NCBI GenBank assembly: GCA_015680685.1
Contig: MNCI01001300.1
Location: 381,086-445,085, forward strand
Reading direction: 5' to 3'
DNA length: 64,000 bases
Source of the DNA: Gnetum montanum
Lineage: Eukaryota; Plantae; Gnetophyta
Positions 38,101-49,582 of this stretch are shown piece by piece. The translations under genes were made by a program, and so were the position numbers. Each line of letters starts with the position of its first letter. The first letter of the stretch is position 1. Under the pieces are notes generated by a model. That model was not told the origin of the DNA. It made no database searches and saw only the letters and a list, made by a program, of their open reading frames with translations.

Positions 38101-38329
38101 CAACTTAGCCTTTGTGGAAGGTGAACAATTCCCCAGTAGCACAGAATTCACTGTCATAGAAGAGATGCCCAGTTTCAACATGATTCTTGGTAGACGTTGG
38201 CTAGCACAACAACAAGCCGTTTCCTCACCGATACATCAAGAAATCCGCCTTCCATACGAAGGTGGACAAGTCATTATACATGGCGAGAACACTCCCTTTC
38301 AAGCTGACCAAAACATAGACATGTCATAG
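35149..38329 (+). pseudogene. gag: Tat-like gag-protease with scattered stops and frameshifts
   Basis: LPQLTKYNGKGDPNAHLVMF...FAMSLTGVALDWY; knuckle FCHYHQMFGHNTNTYC near 36820; MSLYDLVMTSSAHCEAL; protease VHVDDGAATNV...FNMILGRRWL (ORF 37958..38329). Confidence 0.9.
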
Positions 38330-38783
38330 GTCTTGAAAGTGGAGCCTCTTGAAGAAACACCCACAACGACAAACACAACACCTAGAGCTAAAACACCTGA
38401 ACGAGGGGTAAAAATCGAAAGCCTCCCAGAGCAACCTAGCACACCTCCTAGACCATGTCTGGCTAGGAAACAACTACATGATAAAGGCTCCCTTGTGGCC
38501 AAAAACACATCTTATCCCCGCCCACTCTTCACCCTTGTTCGTTGTGCATACGTCACCTTAGTTTGCATTGTACTAGCTTACGCACTTGCATGTGGCCCGA
38601 ACAGGCCTTAAACTAGAACACGTGGCCCGAAAAGGCCTTAAACTACCACCTTTTCACATTATTTTCTATTCACTTGTGCATTTCAATTCATGTTTTCTGC
38701 AGTGGCTATTTAACATTGGTTTCACTAGTTGCTTTTGTTTACAGGATCATACGGATGCACATGTATGCATCCACCCTGACAGT

Positions 38784-39190
38784 CCTGAAATCATGACGAT
38801 AAACTGATACCACAGCTCATCCTGGCATCATGATGGTAAACTGATACCACAGCTAGTCCTAGAATCATGACGATAAACTGATACCACAACTTGTCTTGGC
38901 ATCATGACGGTAAAATGATACCATAGCTTGTCCTGGCATCATGACGATAAACTGATACCATAGAACGTCCGCAATGACAATAAACTAGCACTTGTCCAGT
39001 ACGACATTAAACCACCACAGTCTCATTTGCCAGAGTCTGCTAAGACTATAAACTGGTTTGCCTCTCCACAGTTCGCCAAGACTATAAACTAGTAATGTAC
39101 CATCTGCTATGACGCTAAACTGGCAATGTCCAATAGGTTATGACATAAAACTAACCCACAACAGTCCACTACAACTATAAACTAGCAATT
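38784..39190 (+). repeat. Array of 12 hairpin units: five 37-bp tandem copies, then seven with variable spacers; loop consensus wGACnnTAAAC
   Basis: Loops start at 38794, 38831, 38868, 38905, 38942, 38975, 39002, 39043, 39079, 39110, 39141 and 39172, mostly between complementary 4-5 bp flanks. Confidence 0.85.
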
Positions 39191-40358
39191 TCATCTCTAG
39201 CCTCCTGATCTGTAGCTGCATTGAAACTTCATCAGAGCCGCTGCCTCGCTCATCATCAGTTGATCCTAACAACATTGCTGCCATTCATATGTAGTGCCTG
39301 AAATATCATCCGGTGCCTTTGTTTCATCAGTAGATATTCAAGTCTAAGCTTGCTTACTCACTTATGGTTTTCTTGTCTTCTTGGAGTTGTGTTTGCAGGA
39401 TGACACCTAGTGGTGCTCGTACACGGATACACTTCATCACAGTGACAAGGTGCCACATTATTTCTGATGCACGCAACCAGGTTATCAATCTGTTCAAAAG
39501 TACATTCCTAGTTCCCCAATACTCTTATTCCCTTTCCTACCCGGTTACAGTTCCCAGATACACCCAGTACACCCCAAAACTTTGAGCACACTATTACACG
39601 TTGCGACACTCTCAAGCAATAGCAACACATAATATGGCACATGAGCATGAGTGCAAAATTGAAAGAAAGCTCTTTCCAAAAAACAAAGAGACAAAAGAAA
39701 AGAAAAGAAACAAAAAAAAAGAAACAAAAAAAAGAGAGACAAAAAAAAAAGAACAACAAGAAAAGGAAAATATCAAAGAGCAAAAAGCCAAAAAGAAACA
39801 CAAGACCCTTGGCACGTCCCATACAAGGCCCAAGTGGGAAGGTAGTTGTCTTGGAAGCAAGTACTCATGTCTTATGCACTCAAGTAACATTTCATTACGT
39901 GGCTTTGGCTCTCAGCCAACAAGTTCCCTTTAACACTAAACAGAGGCCCTGTGCCTCCAAAGAAAGCAACACATCACCACGTGGCTTTGGTGGTGCCAAT
40001 GAGCCCTCTTGAAAACTAAACAAGAGTCTTGTTCCGCCAAAGGACATACACCTCATATCTTGGTTCGAAGTCTGCTAGACAATGGCTATTGACAAGGATC
40101 AACATGATCATATACACACCAGAGCATCCCCTTAACCATGCAAAATCCCTTGATCAGTTCCCAATCTGCACAATTTTCATTTCCCTATCCAGCCACAAAC
40201 TTCATTTTCCCCAATCCTATGTACTACTGAACACGGTGCGATGACATCTGGCCAAGTGTCAAAAGACAATGTTGCTACCAAGTTTCTTGTGGTGTTTTTT
40301 ACTTCTTTATTGACGCTTCTCGGGTCGATTCCTCCAAGAATCAATAAAGAGGAGCCAA

Positions 40359-42092
40359 TGAAACACCACAAAATTCTTAGCTTAGTACTTCTCCAACAAG
40401 AACCGAGCTAAGTCATGATGCTCCCTAGCATGACGGAAGCTTGAGGACCTCATAGGTAGCTTCAAATGGAGTCAAAATGAGAAAGAAATGGTTTCTTGGG
40501 ATCCACAAAATACTACAATAACATCTAGCATCAAACCTAGCAAATCTTGAGCTCAAAATACTTGGTTTTCACTAAGTATGCATTCTGTACGCTGGCCTAC
40601 ACATGCCCAGCGTATAGCCTAGCGTATAGCAACTTTTGGGCTCCAAAAATGAGTCAAAACATGCCAGGATTGAGTGTATGGACCCCCAAGGACCTTCCCC
40701 AAGGTCTTCAGTAGCTCTCAGGAACTTGAAAATCAAAATTTGGGCTCCAAATGATGGTCTTTCATTCATGTACACCCAGCGTATACGGCTAGCGTGCAAC
40801 CAACGTACAACAATTTTTGGGCCCCAAAATGAGTCAAAACATGCCAGAATTGAGCATCTGGACCCCCCAAGACCTTCACTAAGGTCCCCAGTAGCTCTCA
40901 GGCATCTGAAAATCAAGTTTCAACCTCGAAATGATGCACTTCCATGACCTGTATGCTGAGCATACGTACTCTGCACGTCCAGCGTGCAGCCCAGCGTACA
41001 CCACCAGAAATAACCCAAAACAGGCACCAAATGGTGAGATTTTCACCTGAAAAAAACTCTCGGAGGTAGGGCAACTATTGGGCATCATCACAGACAGCCG
41101 AAAATCAAGTTTTGACATTAAAATGAAGCATTTTCATGTGTGTATGCTAGGTACATTTTTAGTATACGCTGGCATCCTGTATGTTGGCATCCTGTACGCT
41201 GGCATCCTATACACTGGCATCTTGTACACTGGCATCCTGTACATTGGCATCCTGTACACTAGAATCCTATATGCTGGCATCCTGTATGCTGGCATCCTGT
41301 ACGCTGGCATCTTGTACACTGGCATCCTGTACGCTGGCATCCTACACGCTGGCATCCTATACGCTGGCATCCTACACATTGGCATGCAGCACGCTGTACA
41401 GTTGTAATTTTCTATGCACTTGGAAAACGTAGCCACATGTCATTCGACCCAAAATCCTCTCACCCACGACCACTCATACCCTTCTAGATCCAAATCCAAT
41501 GCTCAAAAAACCTCATAAAAACCCTAATGTTTGACTGGGGGGGCAATTTTGAGAAAACCAGAGACAAAAAGAAGAAGAAGCAGAGACACTGAGAAAGCAG
41601 AGCAAAAACCTTGTACGCTGGACCTCAACCTTGCACGCTAAGCATACAGCCTTCATGCTATGCGTGCAGTTGAAACCAGTACACCATCATCCCTCCGCAT
41701 CCACTGGGGCTATTCATCCACCTTGTGTCAGATCTACAACTACGTTCAGGCTGGTGCATTGTAACTTCTATTTTTCAATAATATTGCCACATTTCTTTTG
41801 TTTAGATTTTTTACAGTTTTTTTCGTTCATTATTGTACGCTTATTGTTTACATTCCTGTACGTTTACGCTCCACTTTACATTAGTTACGCTGTTTACGTA
41901 TAACCCAGCGTACATCCTATTAGTGTACGTTCGGGGAAATCCTTGTTTGATCTGCATGCGGACCACTCAAGGTACTCTACCTTCATTAATTTTAGCTTGC
42001 CCTTAAGTGAAGGTAGGGTCTTCTGTGCTTGTCTGGGGATCTCCTGGTTTCTATTTCATTCCAACCGGAGACTGACGATTTTGGACAGTACA
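40359..42092 (+). repeat. 3' LTR (1734 bp)
   Basis: TG...CA, preceded by the PPT and followed by the TSD GTTTC. Confidence 0.95.
41165..41389 (+). repeat. 15-bp minisatellite TACGCTGGCATCCTR x15
   Basis: Fifteen 5-codon units are visible in ORF 41078..41407. Confidence 0.95.
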
Positions 42093-44778
42093 GTTTCTAG
42101 TTATAATTAAATTTAGATAAATCTAGAGTACTAATCATACATTACTTTCATGACTCCTTTAGGAACATTTTTCTACACTAAAATTCTCTTTGAACTCAAA
42201 ATCATGAAAGCTTCCTACCAACATACTATGAATTTTATTTTCAATAACATGATATTTAAAATAGTGAATAATTATGTTAGTGATTTGACCATTAAGTCCA
42301 CTTTAGTAATAGATCACTTTTTAACTTAGATCAAGTCTTAACCTATTGTGATAAGTATAAACTATTTCTTAGCCTTAAGAAATGCATACTTTATGTTCTT
42401 GTATGTAAAATGCTACAAAATCTTGTATTTCAAGATGGAATAGCCATAGACCTTGATAAGGTTAAGGCTATTATGGAGCTTCCACCTTTTTAGAAGATCT
42501 AAGATCTATGTGTTTTTCAAGGTTGTATATAGTCCATTTATTGATTTGTTACCAATATTATGGATCACAAAGATCCTATAACTCATCTACTTCATAAATC
42601 TAATACCTTCATCTAGGATGAGCATTGTCAAAAATCCTTTAATGCCATCAAAAGAATTTTAACTTTTGTTCCTATCTTATATCCTCCATAATTCAATCAC
42701 CATTCTTATCTCTACCTCTCTAAGTCCAACCATGTTATAGATATTATGCTTTATCAAAGATGAGAGGATGAAGCTAATCTTTATATCTATTATGTCTCTC
42801 TCCCTTTCTTAGACTGTGAGAATAAGCATATAGATGTTGAGAAGTCCTAGTTAAGTCTTGTCATCACTCTTAAGAAATGGAGTCACCATCTTTTAAATAC
42901 TCAAGTTATTACTTGCAAAGAAAACATACTTAAGATAGTTTCTAATAATCCTTCTGATGGTCATTAGTTAACCTAGTGAAAATTTTTTTTCATTGAATTT
43001 GACCTTTTTCACTATCTTAACATTTCATCAAAGGTCAAGCCATAATTGATCTCATTTCTTCTTTCAAATCTAATAATACCATTCATGGCTTTCACAAAAA
43101 TGTGAATAACTCTCACACTGTGCTTTACTTTGATGAAGCTCATACTTTCTTTAGGTCTAGTACAAACTATATTCTTATTCTTCCCACTAAATAGGTCCTT
43201 TATAGAGCTTTAAATTGTGATCTTCGACTAGCTCTACAAAACCAAGTTAGAACCATTATTATTTATGATGACTCTCAACTTAATATAAACCAAGTTTATG
43301 ATAAATACAATTGCAAATTACCTTATCTCAGTCTTTATCTAGAAATGACTAAAGAACTTATTTCTTCGTTTTCAACTTGTACTTTAACTTAGATTTCACA
43401 TTTCGAGAACATGCTAGCTAATGCTTTAGCAACATTTATAATTCATGGTGATTCATTTGCCATGTGTGACCAACTTGTACAATCTATTTGTTTAACACTT
43501 ATTACAAAATCTCCTAATTCCATAGTTAGTGTTATCAATATAGAGAATGAGAATCATCAATATAGTGATCTCCTTCACTATCTTACAATGGGTGAAATTC
43601 CTAATTATTTAACATATGTTTAGAATAATACTTTAAATAAATGTAACCAACATTTTTATATATTAAATCCCAATGTGTTATGTTGTACATTAATCGTAGG
43701 TGTTCTTTTGCATTGCCTTATCCTTGCGAAATTTAAGATAATACAAGATCAAGTTCATTTAGGAGTTTGTTATTGGAATTTAGGGTAAGATTCTATAGCA
43801 TCACATTTCATTTTTCTAGGCTATTAGTAGTCAACCTTAGCTAAGGATGCTCACAACCTAGTCAAGGCATGTGAAACTTACCAAAGATATGCATCACTTA
43901 TTTATGTGTTCTCTAAAGAGCTTCATATGTCTCAAATCACATGCTCTTTTTAAAAATAGGACCAAGACCTTATTGATGTTATTAATCCTCCTTCATCCAT
44001 TGGATATCAATTTATTTTAACTACTATATAATACTTCATTAAGTAAGTAGAAGTTATTCCATTACACTCCACTAAATCTTGTTTCTTTGGTTATTTCATC
44101 ATTGATCATACCATCATCCATTTTTATGTACCTCTCCAAATTTTAACTAAAAATGATCCTCAATTTAAAAGTAAGAAGGTAGTTTTTTTTAATTAATGTA
44201 TCACATTACCCAATCATTTTTATAAATTTACTATCCTAAGCCTAATGGTTTAGTTAAATCCACTAACAAAACTCATTTATTTTCCTCATACCATGGTTGA
44301 CAAAACCCAATGAAATTATCATATTTAGTTAGCTCATGTTCTTTGGAACTACCATACCATGTTCTATACATTTAGTAGTTGTACACTATATCTCTTTCCT
44401 ATGATTTTGAAGCAATTTTGCCAATTGAGCTTCATCTCTTTGCATTACGTTACATGGTTGACTCTACGAGCATGTGATGCTTTGAGTTGGATCTTCTTGG
44501 AGAATAGTGCCAAGAGGCTCTAAAGAATCTACATAAATATCAAGAGGAAATTTATCATCATTATTCCAAACATTTTTAAAATCTAAGATATTCATTAATG
44601 TGACCTAGTCCTACATCATTTCTAGAACTATAAAGATATGAAGATCTCTCCTAAGTCGCAAGGTTCTTTTCTAGTAATCTAATCTTTACAAAATGGTGCC
44701 TACATTCTATCTAATCTAGAAGAACATAAATTTTGAAATCTTATTAACAAAGAATTTTTAAAGTGCTACTACATGTAG
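42093..44778 (+). pseudogene. pol: Tat-lineage pol continued: RT, RNase H, additional RNase H (aRH), integrase; heavily decayed
   Basis: SYN*I...FMTPLGTF...NYVSDL; DKVKAIMELPP; aRH YFDEA near 43125, IYDDSQLNINQV and ENMLANALA; INT VKACETYQ and DLIDVINPPSSIGYQFIL; ends INKEFLKCYYM*. Confidence 0.88.
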
Positions 44779-45678
44779 CAAACTTTTTATCATAGCATCA
44801 AACTTTCTAGCTATTTGAGATTAAACATGTGTCATCCTAGTAGTAATTTATTATACATTAGCTCTTTTATACTACAATCGAATATATTTTATGTTAGGAT
44901 AATAGGTTTTATCTAACCTTGTCTTCTTTGTATAATTTTTGTTTACTCATTTTTTTCCTTTATCTCATTTTCTATTATATCTACCTAGCTATTTTCAACA
45001 TACATCCCTAATCTATATATTCCATTCCACTCTACTCTACTAAGCATAATAAGTGAATTTTTTGAGTGATTGATAGCTCATTGCTTCATGTGAGGGTGAT
45101 ACTAAGTGTATGATTGAGTGGGACGAAGAGGGATCACTGTTTCATATATAGCACCATTTTTGTTCATACAATGTGTAGAATTTAGTGTGTCCCATTTCTA
45201 TGGCATAGTACCATCCTCATGATAGGTGTATGTGTGATATACTCTTTTCTTCCCTTCCTATTTTACTCCTTTTTTTGCATACTATATTTTCTGCTCTCTT
45301 ATACTATATTTTTTCCTTCTTCCTCTTATTTCCTTATTTATTTTAATTCCTCTTTATATTTAGCACCTTGGTAAGGCCAAATGAGCATATCTACTCCAAT
45401 GTAGTGAGAGAGTGTTAAGTGTAGAGTGATGTAAGAATTCTGAATATTCAATATCAGTAAGGTAAGAAATAATTCTACTGTAAGAACCTAGTTGCATCCT
45501 ATTTTTATAATGTAGCACTTTACCATAGGTGTATTAATGATGTCCCTAACTATATTACCTATTATCTCACCTCATTTTACCTCTTTTTTACAAGTATACT
45601 TGGTCAACATTTTTTACATATTATCTTCTTGAAGGATTCTCCTTCAACTTTTTAGCAATAACCATCAAGAAAGGGTAA

Positions 45679-47003
45679 TGTCATACCTACTCTAGATTTT
45701 TCTACAGGTTATAATTTTGGATGCATCTTGAACTACACAAGTTCAGCTACAATTCCCTAGTGCTAATACTTAGCAACATCACTAATGTTATTACTAATCA
45801 TCTTTTTAGGATGCCCAAAATTTGACATCACATATTTAGGATGTTATTTTGAGTTATCTTCAAGCTTTAGTTTCAACATGCAACAACATCTTTCATATCA
45901 ATTCCAACTTGCAATTTTAGCATCAATCTAGCTTCATATCTTTTCTAAACATCTTTAATTTGTATGTTGTTTTCAGTGTCTAATATCATTCCATCTTTTG
46001 ATGTCCAACATCAATCTACTATGTTGAAAAAATTTTGACATTAACCTCAATGCATCTATTATCTGGAAGGTTCTAGAATATTTTGTGGACCCTAATGTGT
46101 CATTCCTTCATGATCTACAAGGTAGTTCTAGCCTATAAATAAGAGCATAATCCCAATTAAGAAGGGGTTGGATATTTTTATTACAAAGAAATTTGACATG
46201 ATTGTTCCTAGAAATAGTAGTTTTTTAGGCATTACTACCTTTGAGCATTGTTAGTCATCTCAAAGCTTTTGATTTACTTTTTTCTTTTCTTTATTGGCAC
46301 ACATTGTATCCCTCTCATGTTATCGTCATGAATCACAGTGATCTTGTTTGGATATAGATACACACATTGATCTAGTTTAGACTATTTTTCATTTTGTTAG
46401 TTTCGCATCTACAACAACTTTATTTTTTGAATAGGATTTTCATCAAGCATATGTATCAGAGAGAATAAAGAAAATATAGATCCTCATCAATTGCCTCTAA
46501 TTCCTAATCTAATCTCAAATATTATTGTTGATTTTATCTAGGTTCATCCTTATCCATTTTTTATGTTCTTTAATTACAAAAAATTCTTACATATTATTTT
46601 ATAACATTTTGTTTAATAGAAACTTATCTTCAATTGTAATGAATAATTTATCATGTTGCATATTTCTTTATACTTTTATATTTTTTCTTGGATTCTAGTG
46701 ATCGTTTGCTCTTCTTTTCTGAGATTGTCTTCTTGCACATAAGATAGGAATAGCATATTAACATCCTCATTGAAATTTCTAGTAATCTCTTGTGCTACAT
46801 TATTGTTAGTTCCATATAATTTTCATTTATATTTTTTATCTATGTTTTGTGCAAACACAACTTAGGTTGCTAGTTTTCTAGAAATATAGAAGTCTTCTTT
46901 TAATTTGAGGATACATCTTTAGAACTTTTAGTAAACTTGAAGTACATAGCTCATTTTGTGCAAGGTTGTTATAAATTTGATTATGTATATTTTCATTCCA
47001 AAA
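45679..47003 (+). repeat. Probable 3' LTR of the old Tat element
   Basis: PPT-like AAGAAAGGGTAA then TGTCATACC; CTATAAAT near 46134; its 3' end (TAGCTCATTTTGTGCAAGGTTGTT...CATTCCAAAA) matches 4894-4950. Confidence 0.55.
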
Positions 47004-49010
47004 AAATGCAAAATTCAAATGTGAGTTAATTGCAAGTGAGCCCTTTGTCATGGTAGATGAGGTAAGCAAGATGAAAGTCATAATGGATGACAATTTATTA
47101 AGAACTATGAATCATGGTTAAAAACTAAAGGAAATAACATTGATTATGGTTTGATCAGAGAATTTTCCAAAAGTATTTATGAATGAACCATGATGGAAAA
47201 ACAGAATCATAGTTAGGTTGCAATAATTACATAATCATAACGAACGAAACATATCAGATTTTAAATTTTAATTTTAGTGGCATCTATTATCCCAATTCTT
47301 CACACAATAACTAGAAACATCAAAGGTAACTTAGATCTTTAGACAAAACATCCATGCAAATCAATTCTATCATGTTTCAACATCAAATTTCAAGGTTCAT
47401 TTTTCTTTGATCATGAAACATTAAACATGGTGAACAAACCCTTCAAAACATTACTTGGAAATCTTTGATATGGAATAAAGATGTCCAAAACTATGAGAAA
47501 ATGTCTTATAACATAAAAAGTTTCCTTCATCAAGCTTCATGGAAATCAATTTAATTGAATTTATTAAATCGAACAAGGTTTTTAATAAGATCCAAAAGAA
47601 TCCTTGAAAATCCATAAAAAATGAGACAAAATTTAGTTGATACTTTGTGAACTCATAATTAAAATAGTTTAGAACTATTATTATGCATGTAAAACATCAA
47701 ACTCCTTAGAATTAAATATTTGAATAAATATTAACATAAAAATAAAACATATTGTGAAATAGATTGTTAACATGTAAAATGAACTGTGAAATAAGAAATT
47801 GATTGTGAAATAACTATGAAATTTGATATAGAATATGAAAGTATGGGTTGGAACATGATATATGTTATAAAACCTTGTGTGAAATAATAAAGAAAGGAAA
47901 AAAGAGCTTGAAGCTTAAAAAACTTCAACATAAGGAACTTCTTCTTCTCCTTTTCTGTTGATTGAAATGAGAGCATGATTATAATGTAATGAGATTCTTC
48001 ATGGTATCCTCACATTAGGTATGAATAGAAAGCCTTAAGCTAATTTTATAGCTTTTCAGAAGAGGACACAATAGATAAAGAAATATTAAACCCCTTTTTG
48101 TAACCATTCATTGTAGGATCCCATCGTATTATGCTATGTCTATGTATATGTGGTTAGACTTGGTTGAGAATCATGTTTTGTATAGTTAATGATATTGTTT
48201 CAAAGGTATATTTTCTAAGATCTAATGACATTATATATATATGATTATGAGTTATCATGACTATACACATTGATCTTTCTAGATGTCTAATATGATGTTT
48301 ATGGTTGGCTAGAAGTGAGGATGATAAGGAAAGAGTGTGATCTTGAACCATGTGCCATGATTATAAACTTATGATTATGATATTAGTGATGATTTGCAAA
48401 TCATGTTATGTGATTTTTAGTGTTGTTTGGCTAATCATCTTATGATGTTACAATGTTGATGTGGTTGAATGATTATCTTATGAGGTCATGATGTTTAGCA
48501 TGTTATGCATGTTCAAGTCATATGGCTAGTCAACAAGTGTTATCATGCTCATATGCTGTTATGGATATGTGATAGATGGATTATGATGTTTGTGGCATTG
48601 AACATTATTCTAATTGAATGTTTTGGAACTGAGCTATAGAGTGTGAATTTCTCGCTATTAGTAGACATAGCAAAAATTAACATGAAACTTTAGAAAAATA
48701 GAAATTGTAAATAAAGTAAATATAATTAATTTATAAAAATAAAATTGACTACATTATTCATACTTCTTCTTAATTATGTTCATGCTCTTTCAATTTCTAG
48801 AATTCTTCTTCTCTTCCATTCTTTGCCATTCCTCAACTAATTTTTGTAATTTCTAGGATATTTAAAATCTAATTTAGGATAGGCTATGGTTTAAGAGTCT
48901 CACTTCTAGTTTGGGTGGACTTAGAAATTTATTAGGAGTGATTCAGTATTTTGGTTTTCTATTTTGTAGGTTTGGTAGGTTCTAGATTTTAGGTGGGTGT
49001 TTTTACCTTA

Positions 49011-49582
49011 TGTAACATCCCCATTTTGAAAAGGTGCAAATGCATAATGATGATGGTGCCTCTTCATAAAAATTATTATCATTATTGTAATAAGAGCCAA
49101 AAGGACATGTTATAATTGAGACCTGAAAGGGTGCATTGTAATAACAAACATGTATCTCAAGGTGATCTTTGGGGGTTTGAACTAAGGAATTTATACCCAG
49201 GCTTAGAGGTTGTGCCAACATGGAGTTGTAGAGTTGGTAAAAGGTGAGCAATGGGTTTTGTGTGAAGCAAGACAAGAAGTGGACTAGCCATCCCTTCTGG
49301 TCGATTATAGGCCTAACCATGGTGGTAGTGCTGGATTGCCTCTAAGGGATAGATGCCAAAGGAAGAAAGCCCCAAGGGACACTCTCATAACATGATCTAG
49401 ATACTCTATTCCACATCAATAAAGCATTCTTTCCTCTTTCCTTCTAGATTTTCCCTATTATTTTATTCATGCTTAATATTGAATGTTAGATATATTTTAT
49501 TGCTACATTATCGTTTTATGCCTAATGTATAATATAATGTATATTTGACATTTTTCATGACATTTGGGAACGAGATGTCACA
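49011..49582. mobile_element. Solo LTR of the same family as 25406-26044, opposite orientation
   Basis: Termini TGTAACATCC...GATGTCACA; flanks CCTTA and TTTTA (a TSD with two C>T changes); shares AGTGCTGGATTGCCTCTAAG...GATAGATGCCAAAGGAAGAAA with the other copy. Confidence 0.85.

Larger units (their letters stand above)
32465..42092 (+). mobile_element. Non-autonomous Tat-like LTR element (gag and protease only); TSD GTTTC
   Basis: LTRs at 32465-34462 and 40359-42092 (TGAAACACC...AGTACA); GTTTC at 32460-32464 and 42093-42097; Asn PBS at 34469; PPT AAAGAGGAGCCAA. No RT, RH or INT motif seen between 38330 and 40358. Confidence 0.93.

Noticed and set aside
38790-38960. Hammerhead ribozyme / retrozyme
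   Set aside because: The repeats contain CTGATAC, not the CUGAnGA...GAAA core with three stems.
38784-39190. CRISPR array (conserved repeat with variable spacers)
   Set aside because: The conserved core is only about 11-20 nt, spacers are short and partly duplicated, there are no cas genes, and it sits inside a plant LTR element.
39508-40012. K/E-rich and F-rich ORFs
   Set aside because: Artefacts of an A-rich low-complexity tract in the 3' UTR.
45413-45430. 3' LTR start at TGTTAAG (also 63443)
   Set aside because: Homology between the two elements continues to a better PPT and LTR-start boundary at 45679 and 63711.
47010-48990. Gene or defined transposon in the AT-rich ATCATG/ATGATT-rich stretch
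   Set aside because: I could not establish a coding motif, termini or a TSD by eye.
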